Assembly (NCBI GenBank): GCA_043228905.1
Contig: JBHGNT010000010.1
Location: forward strand, 14,012,001 to 14,076,000
From: Azolla caroliniana
Taxonomy: Eukaryota; Plantae; Polypodiophyta
Length of the DNA: 64,000 nt
Reading direction: 5' to 3'
Numbering within the stretch: position 1 is the first letter of the stretch; each line of letters begins with the position of its first letter. This document shows, one piece after another, positions 1 to 12,850 of this stretch. The notes under the pieces were generated by a model. It saw nothing but the letters and a program-made list of their open reading frames with translations. It ran no database searches and had not been told where the DNA came from. The position numbers and the translations under genes are program-made.

Positions 1-1362
1 GTGAATCCGTCAAGTTGGGGATTACCGGAGCTGAACCGGAGGCACATACTCGAGGTGCCTTCAGATACTAGAGTATTCACTTGACCATGTTCTAGTGCTC
101 TTTTCCAGAATTGCTCATGAACCGGCTTACCACTTCGACTGCATATCCAATATCCGGCTCGGTACATACCATCACGTACATCAAGCTTTCGACGGTAAAG
201 GCATATGGTATCTTCATCATATCCGTCTTCTTGGCCTTTGTCTTAGGGCTTTGCTTTCCGGACAACTTACAATTTGCCGGAAGTGTCGATCCGATCAATT
301 TCGCCTCCGACATGTTGAACCGTTGAAGCACCTTTGTCACGTACTTCTCCTGTGACAACCACAATAGCTTCTTCAACCGATCCCGGATGATGTGCATTCC
401 CAATATCTATCTTGCCAGACCCAAGTCTTTCATTGAGAAGGTTCGGTTCAGAGCCTTCTTCAGCATCCGAATCTTGCCTTGGTCTCGTCCGACGATGAAC
501 ATATCATCCACATATAGGAGGAGTATTAGGAAATCTCCTCCGTCAAATTTCTTCACAAACATGCAATGATCAGCTTGCATTTTGTGGTATCCTTGGTCGA
601 TCATGAAGGAGTCAAACTTCCGGTACCATTGCCAGGGGGCTTGCTTCAATCCATATAAGCTCTTCTTTACTCGGCACACCAAGTGCTCCTTCCCTTTCTT
701 CTCAAATCCTTCCAGTTGATGCATGTAGATCTCTTCTTCGAGATCGCCATGTAGGAACGCCATCTTGATGTCCAGTTGCTCTACCTCGAGGTCCACGCTT
801 GCCACTACTCCCAATACCGTCCGGATGGATGTCATCTTTACTACCGGGCAAAGATCTCATCAAAATCCACTCCTTTCTTCTGGTGGAACCCCTTCACCAC
901 GATCCGAGCTTTGTATCTCGGTGGGTTTCCGGGATCTCCCAGTCAGCTTGTACACACACTTGTTCCGAAGTTCTCTCTTCCCTTTTGGCAACTTCGGCAG
1001 TTCATATGTGTGGTTCTCATGTAGGGAATCCATCTCGTCTTGCATGGCACTCAACCACTTGCGGCTGTGGGTGTCTCTCTTTGCTTCTTCGAAGCTTTCC
1101 GGCTCCCCATCATCGGTTAGCAACACGTGCTCTGCATCTGAAAATCTCCGGGGGTCTCTTCTCTGTCTGAGAGGATATCTCCGTGCTTGGTTTTTGATTA
1201 CCGGTTCCTCTGTTTGTTCCGAATCTGAATCCGATTCGAGATCTTGTCCGGTTCCATTGTCTTCTTCTTCTTCTTCTTCAGTCCGTTCGGTTTCTTGTCC
1301 GTATCTGGCCGGTTCGTCGAGTGTCATCCGGTTGCTGGCCAACATCCGGTTTTCAACCGGGT
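1..1362 (-). pseudogene. Ty1/copia pol fragment (IN-RT linker and reverse transcriptase), frameshifted and 5'-truncated; runs off the window start
   Basis: ORFs 860-1345, 407-835 and 92-403 give QLDIKMAFLHGDLEEEIYM, KSLYGLKQA, LLYVDDM and MKDLG. Closely similar to the copia at 55212-60836. Confidence 0.9.
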
Positions 1363-1534
1363 AGGTCCTTGTGTCTTCCTCGAGGGCTCCACTATATATA
1401 AAGAGGTTGTATCACGTGCGTTGACGACATCTTTTATAAACCCCTTCTGTAAAAAAACAGTTAATAAAAATACTACTTAGTGCAAATATATATTTTGACA
1501 ACAACTCATTTTAAATGCCCTTACATAGAAAACA

Positions 1535-1900
1535 CATGTATGTTCAATATATGTATTTATGTATTTATGTATATATTGTATTGTATTGCATGTGTTGTAT
1601 ATATTTTATGTATGGGTTATGTGTATGTATGTTCGCATGTATGTATTGTATTGCATGTGACTGTACATATGTAGTGTATTGTATTCCATGTTTATATATG
1701 CATGTATTGTACTGTATTGCATGTGTTGTATATATTTTATGTATATGGCATGTGTGTATGTATCTATGTGTTATATGTGCATGTGTGTGCATGTAAGTGT
1801 AATGATATATGTGTGTGTGTATATGTACGTATGTTTGTGTATGTGTGTGCATGTGTTCTATATATTTGCATGCGTGAAAGTGTTTTATACATGTCGCTAC
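1535..1900. repeat. Degenerate (TA/TG/TATG)n microsatellite
   Basis: Continuous ATGT/GTAT/GTGT low-complexity tract; overlapping ORFs are spurious. Confidence 0.9.
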
Positions 1901-2048
1901 AACAAAATAAGCTAGTAGTGATGCCAAAACACATTGCTATTGGCACTGCATATATACCATCATTGTGCAACACCTTTCGAAAAGATTAAATTTTGTTTTT
2001 ACTTTTTTTAATTAAAATAATTCTTCTCTTTATTTCTTTTAAAAAAAA

Positions 2049-2165
2049 TGTGTTTGTTTGCATGTATGTTGATGTGGAGCATATGTGTCTCCATACCATC
2101 TTCGTATGTATGTTTGTTTGCATGTATGTTGATGTGGAGCATATGTGTCTCCATACCATCTTCGA
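2049..2165. repeat. 60-bp tandem duplication within a dispersed repeat that also occurs inverted at about 38990-39167
   Basis: TGTTTGTTTGCATGTATGTTGATGTGGAGCATATGTGTCTCCATACCATCTTCG occurs twice. 2100-2255 matches the reverse complement of about 39020-39165. Confidence 0.8.
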
Positions 2166-2828
2166 AGAAGGATTGCCATATAATCACTAAGCATGAAAGG
2201 CTATCTTCATTCCATGCCATCTTCTCTGACATGCCTATGTAACAATGCATATATTGTGGCTTCATGGAAGTGAAAAACAATATATCTAAAAGAGCATATA
2301 TATAACAAGAATACTATGCTATGAGATGTTCAAGAATCATTCACAACATTGAACTTGAGCAAGAACTTCATTGGATAAAAATGTTGCAATACTAGAACAA
2401 ACACACACTAAGTTTTTCGCTAAGAAAAATTGAGCATTTGAGTCCCTAACTTGTTACAATGCAATCACTCACACACAACACTTTTAATCTATAAAACATA
2501 TTCTCTTTCACAGCCATAGCCATTAATCTCTCTGCAATAAAAACAAAGTAATTAGACTTTGGAAGCCATAGACCTTTACATCAAGAACATTTAATTTGAA
2601 ATTTGCAAGAAAAGTAGTGTTGGGTTATCATCAATGTAATTTATATGAGCAAGCTTCATGTACATGCCCTTTATCATAGTCCTTATCAAATTTGACATTT
2701 AAAACACGTTTTTTTTACTTCTTTGTCGAGCACCATCATTCAATAAGTTGAAATCCTATACAGTAACAATAAGAAACCAAAGGTTAATATGTTGGGCGAA
2801 TGAAATAACACGTCCAAAATGATAGTTG

Positions 2829-3069
2829 CAAACAAAAGATGTAGAGTAATAATCAAGAATCACGAATCATTATACCTTCTCCTCTTAAGCAATGCTACAA
2901 TCTTGATCCCATGCACAATAAGTTCAACTTTTTTGGTCCATAATATAATCTGCAACAAACAAAAGATGTAGCGTAATAATCAAGAAGCATCAATCATTAT
3001 ACCTTCACCTCCTAAGTGATCCCGTGCACAATAACATCAACTTATGTGGTCCATAATATAATATGCAAC
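2829..3069 (-). repeat. About 127-bp tandem duplication with exon-like splice signals on the minus strand (possible decayed spliced gene)
   Basis: CAAACAAAAGATGTAG.GTAATAATCAAGAA at 2829 and 2956. TACCT (minus-strand AG|GTA donor) in both copies and CTGCA (TGCAG acceptor) at 2950. Confidence 0.5.
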
Positions 3070-4526
3070 CCATAACTATGTATGTATATATATTTATAAT
3101 CGTGTATGGATGCATGCCTCGTGTTTTTGGTGTTACTATATTTTCCTCGATGAGCTCCCTTTTCTCCAAGCCATCAATTCCGGAAGCTTGAATTAACAAA
3201 GCCTACTTCCATATAGTTTCAAAGGAAACTCCAACATTGCAAGAGCTATTCAAGGTCAGAACAGTCATATATGTCATTTCTTGCCCAAATATACACATCC
3301 TTCAATATCTCCATTGTTCTTATGCTATCGTGCCACCTTGAATAACAAAGAAATTTGGAAATGAAACAAGAGAATGGAACTTCATGTTTGGGTTAGCAGA
3401 TTAAGAGTATCATTAATATAACACATATCAACAAGATCTACAACCTTTCCAACAAAGATATCACAAAATAAATTAAGTGTTTTTTATGTGCACCTCAGTG
3501 TTGGTCAGTCGAGATTCAAATGGTATGGCATAAGATCTTCAGAAGTTGTATTGGTCCGCCTTCTTTCTTTTTTAGAGCATGGTAGATGTGGATTTGAGCT
3601 TGCATTTGCACGAAAGCTTGCACAAATCACAACAAACTCTTGTTCGATTGTCACTGGAATCTCTCACCTCTATTGTCAATCGCTTCTTGAAGCTGCATGA
3701 GGTTTCTCAAGACCCAAAAAACTCATCTTTCATGTGAAATGACAATAGCAAATAAACAAAGTAACATGGCAAAAAAAGTATGCAAGAGAATGTTGTAAAC
3801 GCATGTGTGCATGCATTCGTACATGCATACAAACACAACCATGCACATGCATATGCAAATACGCATGCACACATGCATGCATGCATACACATACTCATAC
3901 AAACATAGTTTTAAATTGATATGGTACTAAACTGAGAACCTTCATGTTTGCAATGTCACCTTCCCTCATGTTTTCGGCATCATTATTTCCTACACCCTCC
4001 TCCTTCTCCCCTCTTCACCACAAAAACTTGATTTATCATAGATCAAGTGACAATATTTCCGTATGACCCTCCAAATGATTTGTTTTTTTGGGTATCCTTG
4101 CAAAGTAAATTCATAGACAAAAGTTAATTAACATGATGATATATGCAGGGCTATATAGAAATCAAAGTGAAATAAAAAGAAACAAAAAAAGAACAATAAA
4201 ATTTCAGCAAAAGAAAAAGTTGTTATAATACAATTTCGAGATGCAAGATTGTAAAAATCAATTCAGAAATTCTTAAAATCAAAACAAAACCAAATTCTTG
4301 AAGAAAACAAAACCAAATAATTCTTAAAATCAATGTTTTGTTTACAAAATTAGCAATCCTAAGCATTTCAAGATTATATAGAGAACAATGGAGAAATCAA
4401 TGTAAAAAACAAAAATCTCTCGACGAGCCTTCTTCTAGCTTGTCTTGCACATCCTTGCTTGCTTGCTTGAGGACTACTTCGAAGAGGAGGTCGATCATGC
4501 TCATGGTGCTCTCTCTCTCTCTCAAT

Positions 4527-5008
4527 TTACTTCCTCCAATTCTGTGAATCCGAGCCACCGCTTGAATACCTTTTATTACCCCCACTATAACCACGACTGC
4601 GATTGCTACTACCATAGCCACCATTTCCACCACCATTGGTATCATTATAGCCACCGGCACAACCACAACCACTATCCACCATTTCCTCCATCTGATCTCT
4701 CCCTGTTATATTGTGAACCACCACCTCCATTGGAGGCACGATAGCCTCCATCACCCCCACCCAATCTTGCCTGAGCTTAGTCCACAGTAATGTTCCTTCC
4801 ATCGAGCTCTTTTCCATTCGTCGACTCAATCACACCTGTCATCGCTTGCTCATCAGAGAATGTCACAAAGCCAAAGCCTCGTGATCGTCCCGTTTCATGG
4901 TCATTGATAACCTTGGAGTTGACAACTTTGCCGAAATATCTTGCGATCATCGGTGGTCCATGCGAGACCTCCAATGAAGTAGCAATACCCGAGATCTACA
5001 ACGGCCAT
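4527..5008 (-). pseudogene. Glycine-rich RNA-binding protein (GRP7/GRP8-like: RRM plus Gly-rich tail), intronless processed pseudogene
   Basis: MAVVDLGYCYFIGGLAWTTDDR (RNP2), then a frameshift, then FGKVVNSKVINDHETGRSRGFGFVTF (RNP1) ... ELDGRNITVD*, and a Gly/Tyr/Asn tail ending NWRK*. Confidence 0.88.
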
Positions 5009-5197
5009 GGAAGCTTTGAGATGGGGAGGGGGGTGCAAGAGGAGACAAAGAGTCTCTCTCTCTCTCTCTCTCTCTCCTTTTTCTCCCCAATTTTTACTAA
5101 AACACCTCACATATATAATCTCCTCCCCTTTCTTCCCCCATTTTTTTAAAACAATTAGCATCCCTTTGAGAGGCGTTTTAAAAAGAGTGTTCTATAC

Positions 5198-5632
5198 ATG
5201 TGCATATATATGTATGTGGATATGTATATTTGTGTGTGTGTGTTATACTCTATACATGTACATATGTATGTCTTGTACTCCATGTGTTGTATGTATGGCA
5301 TGTGCATATGTATGTATGTGCTATGTGTGTGTATGTTCTGTACATGTGCATATGATGTATTGTCATTTGTATGTATTATTCGTATGGCATGTGCATATGT
5401 ATGTGTGTGTTATGTGAGTGTATGTTCTATATACATATGTGTATGCGTACATACATGTGTATATATGTGTGTTTCTATTCTATATATACATGCATGTGTA
5501 TTGTATTGCATGTATATATATGTATGTGATACGTGTACATATGTAAGTGTGTATGTATGTACATATTGTATTGTATTAATTGTACGATGTATCTATTGTA
5601 TATACATATGCATTGTATGTATGGGATGTGTG
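5198..5632. repeat. Degenerate (TA/TG)n microsatellite; continues at 11666-11820 after the copia insertion
   Basis: The same low-complexity tract flanks both sides of the 5633-11665 element. Confidence 0.85.
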
Positions 5633-6153
5633 TGTTGAGATACAAGCTCAACATTGGCCGGATTGGCTGTGCAAGCCCAAAACTGGATCGGTTGGGATCG
5701 ATCGGCTAGGCCGGACCGGTGGGTAAACCGGGTGCGTAGACCGATGCGCAATGAGAAGCTGTAGTGGTGCGTAAACCGCAAGGCCGTTGGAAAGATATTC
5801 CGCGTAGGAATATATTTTGGGAGTTAGTGTAGAGCTCATTTATGAGCATTGAAGTATGCACCAGTACTTCTATCAGTCCATATGGACTTGTATAAAAGTG
5901 CTCACTGAGCACATCCTATGTACAGATTGAGTAGTATTTTTGAATTGTGTGTGTGTGTGTCTCTCTCTCTCTCTGTGTGTCTCTCCTGCGTACTGTGTAT
6001 ATTCAAGCTCTCCATTAAACCTGTGTTTCTGTGTTCGGTTTTCAATTGCTTCCGCACGCTATTCTTTACATGGTATCAGAGCGCAAGGGTTGAGAACCTC
6101 TGTAGCCGACATAGCTTGAAAAGAAAACCAACCAAGAAGAACAGGTAAAACCG

Positions 6154-9100
6154 ATGGATAGAGGCATGGCTAGCTTGCTTCCGACAGAGAAGCTCAATAG
6201 AAACAACTACGCGTCTTGGTCCTACAAGATGCACCAGTATCTGCTCGGGCACGGTTACTGGAGCTATGTTGAGGGAGCAAATGACACAGCACTCAAATCG
6301 ACACAGAGATTTCCCGACGTGGGAACAGTCGCCGAGCAGAGTACTGTACTGCTTCGCGTCTTGTGTGGACGAACAACTCCTAAGCTACATTCGGGATGTA
6401 AAAACGCCGAAAGATTCTTGGGGAAATCTGAAGAAGATTTTCGCCGCAAGTACTATAGCCAGGAAGCTTCAACTTTGACAGGAGCTGAGCAACCTACGCA
6501 ACACGACTTGTCGGTGGCGGATTACACCTCGAAGATCAAAGAGATATGTGACTCCTTAGCCTCTATCGATGTGAACGTCGAGGAAGGTGAGATGGTGCAG
6601 ATCTGTTCCGGGGGACTGGCGTTGAAGTTCAGAGCATTCCGAACTGTTGTGTGTACATGAGAGAATACGTCGTCATTTTTCGACCTACAGTCGATACTCC
6701 TTATAAAGGAGAACCACGCGGGTGCGTCAACGAGCACGCATGCCAACAGCAAGATGTTGTACACGGAGAGAGATAGGCCCCATGGTCATCACGGAAGAGA
6801 CGAGTCAGTGCGCAATGGAGGCGGCCGATGGGATCAAGGAAGAAGGCACCGAAGTGATGCCGACAACAATTCTGAACCCTCCGGAAACAGGGGGAGTCAA
6901 GGCGACGAGAACCGACATGGGAAATCCGTCGTGGAATGCTGGTGCTGTGGCAAGAAAGGCCACAAGGAGAGCTAGTGCTGGAAGAAGTGCGCCGATTTGG
7001 AGAGGACCGGATCCGGATAAGGTTCCGGACAAACTGACAAGGGTAATCGGCAACGATCGCACTACGTCGAAGGATTCGGAAAAGCTGGAAAAGGGTCAGC
7101 CTTTGTGACGAGACACGAAGCAAACTCGATGAAGAAGTCCATCCGGAAATTGGATGAGGTGTGGTACGTCGACTCCGGCGCGTCAAACCACATGACGTGC
7201 CACAAGGAGTGGTTCTCATACCTTGACAAAACCGATGCAACCGAGAGTAGTCGCAACCGGAGACGACACTCCGCATCTGATCGCGAATGTTAGAGAAGTT
7301 CCCCTTAGCCATGTCGGACAGAAAGGGAAACTCATGAATGTGTTACACGTCCCGAAAATCACAAAGAATCTGGTGTCGGTCGGGCAGATTGTCGACCAGG
7401 GGATGCAAGTCCGGTTCACGCATCTCGGGTGCTTCATCAAGGAAGAAGGCCGAGTTGTTACGCAAGGGCGCAGAGACGGGAGGATGTTTATCCTCGACTC
7501 TAGTCACGGTGGCACCACAATGTTTGCGAAAGGACAAAAAGTCGAGTCGGATATCAACTTATGGCACAAGCGGATAGGCTACCATCAACTATCAACGGCT
7601 TCAAGACCTGCAATTGAAACAGGTGGTGTTCGGATTGCCAAAATTTAGTGGCCGGAAGGCACGAATTTGTGAAGCCTGCTAGCTAGGGAAGCAACACCGA
7701 CTTCCTTTCCCCAACGAACGTAACTAAGGCCGGAATAAACTGGACTTGATACATTCAGATGTCTGGGGGCCCGCACAGAACGTTAGTCTTGGCGGGAGTC
7801 GATATTTCATCTTCTTCATCGACGTCTATACGCGGCACATGTGGATCTACCTCATTGAGAAGAAGAGTGAAGTCTTCGACTATTTCCGAGACCTCAAGAG
7901 TTTCATCGAAAGGGAAACAGGAAGAAAGATTAGGTGCCTACGGTCGGATTGGTAGAAAAGAGTACTTTTCCGGTCAATTCAACAGGTATCTACAATAGAT
8001 GGGAATTCGATGCGAATTCAGTTGCAGATATACGCCGGAGCAAAACAGCGTGGCCAAAAGGAAAAATCGGTCGGTTGTGGAAGCGGCGCGGGCAATGCTG
8101 GAGGAGAAGAGCTTGCCCAAGTTCTATTGGGCCGAGGCGGTATGAACCACGGTATACATCTAGAATCGGATCGGAAAAAAAGTGTCGGCACATGAGCTAT
8201 ACTTCTTAATGAAGCAGAATTTGCGACACTTAAGAGTTTTCGGTAGCATTGCATATGTGCATGTACCAAAGGAGAAGCGGAGGAAATTGGACACGAAAGC
8301 CGAGAAGTGTATCTTGGTCGGCTACTCGGACGAGCAGAAGGGTTATAAGTGTTATAACCCTCGCACCAAACAAGCGCGCGTAAGCCGCGATGTTTTCTTT
8401 GACGAGTCCGCGTCCTGATATTTGCCTTCGACTCCTGACATCATCTCCAATCCAAGTTCTGACGATGAGGTCAGCGAGGCCGAGATGCCTATGGATGATC
8501 CTAAAATCGGGACCCGCAAAGAGAGTCCGATTTCGTTTCGGTTAAGCGGACCGAATGGACGACTGAGTCGGTTCGACCAGTCCCATGAAGAGCCGGCGAA
8601 TAGTGGAGACTCGATCGTGCATTCCCCGCGCAGGAAGCCGAGGAGAAGACTTACGCGTAAGGAAAAAGGGAAGAAGAAGGTGTTGGATTACGACACGGAT
8701 AGGAACAAGTCGGATCGACGCGAGTCCGACTCCGAGGGAAGTGATGACAGGTCTTCGAGAGCGAAGTCCGCGTCGGCCAAGAAATCCTCAACATTGGCTA
8801 ATGAGAAATTACGCCGATCTACCCGCCAGAAGAACCCTGTTGTGCGGTTCGGTTACAACGAGTACATGGCGCATCACTATGCGTACATGACTCGTGTAGC
8901 GGAAGTACGTGAGCCGGAGAGCTACGCAGAAGCGGCGAAAGATGCGAATTGGTGTGCCGCGATGGAGGAAGAGATGCGCGCATTGGCTGAAAATGAAACC
9001 TGGGACCTAGTTGACACACCGAAAGGTGTGAAGCCGATCGGATGTAGGTGGGTGTACAAAGTCAAATACAACACGGACGGCTCTGTCAACCGATACAAGG

Positions 9101-10204
9101 CCCGATTACTAGCAAAAGGCTACGCGCAACAAGATGGCATCGACTACGATGAGACGTTTGCACTAGTCACAAAGATGACGACCGTCCATGTTTTGCTTGC
9201 GGTAGCTGCAGGAAAGGGGTGGCACTTACATCAGATGGATGTAAAGAATGTGTTCCTGCAAGGTGATCTTGAGGAATAGGTGTACATAGTACAACCCCCT
9301 GGATTTCTATCCGAACAGAATAGTTCGGAAGTCTGCCGGCTGAAGAAGTCACTTTACGGACTCAAGCAAGCCTTGCGAGCTTGGAACGCAAAGATTACGC
9401 AACGATTGCGTAAGATGGGGTTTTCGACATCGAAGTCTGACTCTTCATTATTTGTTCGGCAAGGTCAACATGGCCTGGTAAGCCTTCTGTTATATGGTGA
9501 TGATTTAATCATCGCCGGTGCCAACCTGAACGAAATTCGTCGTGTAAAGTCTCAACTTGCGGCATCATTCGACATGAAGGATCTTGGAGACCTTCATTAC
9601 TTCCTTGGGATCAAAGTGATTCGCACCCCCAAGGGCATATTGATCAATCAACATCATTACATGCTCAACATGCTCTTCCAGTTGGGAAAGGTGTGCGACT
9701 CGACATGGTTTTGAAAAATTGTCAGAAGCCTCATCTATTTGACGATTACTTGGCCGGATCTTAGCTACCCGGTCGGCTTAATCAGTCAATTTATGTCACA
9801 GCCTACGGCAAAACACTTTCAATGCGCACAAAGGATATTGCGATATGTCAGCGGCACGAAAGACATGGCGTTGTTGTATCATGCAGGCGTAGCTGAATAG
9901 TTGGTTAGCTATACGGATGCCGATTGGGCAAAAACTGCCCATGATCGCAAAAACTACGACGCCGAGTCGGATGACGAATTCGATTTCGGATCGGCTGAAG
10001 AAACTGAGGGCGGATCTGTGGAAGATTCCGAAAGCGGACATAAGGGGAGCAGTCGAAAGAAAGAGCCTAAGCCAACCAAGCGTAGGGGAGACGAAGCCAT
10101 CAAGGGCGAGAAGACTGAAGACGAGTTGGAGACAACCAACTCGGACGAGAGTGAAAACCGATCGGAGGAAGCCGAGTCAGTTCAGATGTTTGATTCGGAT
10201 ACGC
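6154..10204 (+). pseudogene. Copia gag-pol (gag, zinc knuckle, protease, integrase, RT, truncated RNase H) with many stops and frameshifts
   Basis: KLNRNNYASW, CWCCGKKGHKES, WYVDSGASNHMT, IHSDVWGP, RWVYKVK, QMDVKNVFLQGDL, LYGDDL, YTDADW. Confidence 0.92.
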
Positions 10205-11007
10205 TGTCGTAGTGTAGGTTGCACACTATGCGGAAATTATATTTTTGTCCCTCCGGATAGAGAATGGAGTGCTCGGTGAGAACCGGAAGAAAACGGCATA
10301 CCGGTAAGGAGGAAAACGGCATACCGGCAAGGAAGAAAACGGCATACCGGCAAGGAAGAGCCGGATAAAGAGACATAAATGTAAAAAGAAAGGAAATACT
10401 CACTACTGCGCAGGGCGTGATTCGAACTCTACACCTCCACGTTGACAAACCCCAACCTTACCATTACATTAAATTATCTTAAGTATTTTAAATATAGATT
10501 TAATACGTATAAGACCTTTATTTATGCATACCTTTATTAAAAGGTAAATCGTGTATTTTTTTAATATATGAAAAAGACGAGACACTAAAAATAACTCATG
10601 CACATCTAGCGTGCATGAGCCCTATACTTAGGAAATAAAAAAGCATCACATGCACATTTAGTGGACATGAACACTTTTTGTAAAAATAAAAAAGCATGAA
10701 GCCATGCTTAGCTCTTCCTTCCTTATATAAGGAGGAGAGAAATATGTAAAGGGTTGTTGATTATTTGGATTAAGAATTAATCAATAGAAAAATTATTCGT
10801 GGGATTCACGATTTATACATCTACTTCTCTCTTAACACCCTAAGTACCAATTAATATAGTATACTCGTGTGATTCACGAGTTTCTTATCTTTCTCTTTGC
10901 TATTTACTCATAATTAATCTCTATCTCACGAACTCCTTTCTCCTAGTCCAAGACCTCTGTGGTTCCCACCCGACTCACGCAACGATCCGGAGCCGAAAGG
11001 CACGACA
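10205..11007 (+). mobile_element. Solo LTR of the gypsy family represented by 27373-34687
   Basis: TGTCGTAGTG...CACGACA termini, near-identical to LTR 27373-28195; 4-bp TSD ACGC (10201-10204/11008-11011). Confidence 0.95.
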
Positions 11008-12228
11008 ACGCTGAATCAACCAAGGGCCAAGCAGAATAGAAGGCAGCATAAGAGGCACCAACACCGCAACAACAAGGAAGCTGAGAAGGGCCGTGTGAGT
11101 AGACAAGCCGACCGGAAGGGTCGAGGCGAGCGGAATCGAACAGGTCGAGGAGCGCGAGCAAGGCGTGAAGCCAGAAGGAACTACAGCGTAGATCCGGAAG
11201 AGCGGATGGAACCTCAAGTTGAGCTTGAGGGGGACTATTGAGTTACAAGCTCAACATTGGCCGGATTGGCTGTGCAAGCCAAGAACCGGATCGGTTGGGA
11301 TTGATCGGTTAGGCCGGACCGATGCGTAAACCAGGTGCGTAGACCGGTGCGCAATGAGAAGGCGTAACGGTGCGTAAACCGCAAGGCCGTTGGAATGATA
11401 TTCCGTGTAGGAATATATTTTGGGAGTTAGTGTAGAGCTCATTTTTTAGTATTGAAGTATGCGTTAGTACTTCTGTCAGTCCGTATGGACTTGTATAAAA
11501 GTGCTCATTGAGCACATCCTATGTACAGATTGAGTAGTATTTTTGAATTGTGTGTGTGTGTGTCTCTCTCTCTCTCTCTCCCCCATACTATGTATATTCA
11601 AGCTCTCCATTAAACCTGTGTTTCTGTGTTCGGTTTTCTATTGCTTCCGCACGCTATTCTTTATAGTGTGTATATATGTACATATATGTATTGTATTGCA
11701 TGTGTTATATGAATTGTATATATGGCATGTGTGTAAGTTTAGATGTGTATATTGGATCCATTACATGTTGAATGAATATATGTATGTACATATGTGTATA
11801 CATAGATTGACACATGCGTGATATTCTCCATGCGCAATATTCTCAATATTCGAGAATACGAAATGACCCCAAGAATATTAGAAAACCATTCGTTTTGCAA
11901 AATAAATATAAAATATTTATTTATTTATTTAAATAAATTTATTTCACCAAAAAAGAACAATTATTCATTAATAATTATAGTGTCAAGAGAGTTTATGAAA
12001 CTTATTTTAATTAATCTATTAATTAATAAATTTTTAAAAAACGAATATTTTTATATTTATTATACCAATATGATTAGTATGAAACTTTGATGATATGATT
12101 AGTTTGAAGTACTATTTTTAATGTCAAAATAAAAATATCTATAAATTTTGAGGGAATAAAAAGTGAGAAATTAATGAGCCTTTATTTTATTTTATTTATT
12201 TATTAAAAATAAAACGAATACTTATAAC

Positions 12229-12850
12229 CAGTGTTGGGCAAAGTCTCTAGGCCCTACCGGAAATTTTCCTGCTTCTTATGAACCTAACCGGAATGTTAAA
12301 ATCTCAGCCGGCCACGTTCCTATTAGCGACAATGTCAACCGGAAATGTTGAAATTTTTTTTAACGCATACCAAATAAATAAATAAAATTCTAGTGCAATA
12401 CCACATCAAATCAATCACAAAAAATTGGAGCCCAAAAACTAAATATATATATTTATCAAAAAATGTACTAACTTTGTAAACAAAATTCACTTTTCGAAAC
12501 TTTGTAAACTAGCATTAACAACATATTAGATCAAATTAGAGCTAATATATATAAAGTTCCAAAACAAAATAGATCACATTTACAAAATTTCAATCTATAT
12601 CTTCTATGAAGTCCTCGATGTCATCATCATGCTCATGAGAAGTACCTGTAAAAATATGACGATATGCCTTGCTTTCTCGCCACAACAAAATGCTGGCATT
12701 GAAGTCATGTTCTTCTAATTCAGGTCCTTCAATAGATATTCGTATCAATGCATCAACCGCATTGGTTTTTAGCCTATTTCTAAACTTATTTTTTATTAGA
12801 TTTAGGCGACTAAAGCCTCTCTCACATGCTGCCGTAGAAGAACACTGAAT
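12229..12850 (-). mobile_element. 3' end of a hAT DNA transposon (ZNF862-like C-terminal dimerisation domain plus probable TIR)
   Basis: 12590-12850 encodes SSTAACERGFSRLNLIKNKFRNRLKTNAVDALIRISIEGP (hATC motif); CAGTGTTGGGCA TIR-like end at 12229. Confidence 0.75.

Larger units (their letters stand above)
5633..11665 (+). mobile_element. Ty1/copia LTR retrotransposon, full-length but decayed
   Basis: LTRs 5633-6070 and 11236-11665; TSD GTGTG (5628-5632/11666-11670); PBS TGGTATCAGAGC (tRNA-iMet) 6071-6082; PPT GAGGGGGAC before 11236. Confidence 0.95.

Noticed and set aside
1480-2242. Cys/Val/Tyr/Met-rich ORFs (also at 5007-5638 and 11543-11821)
   Set aside because: They are translations of microsatellite DNA.
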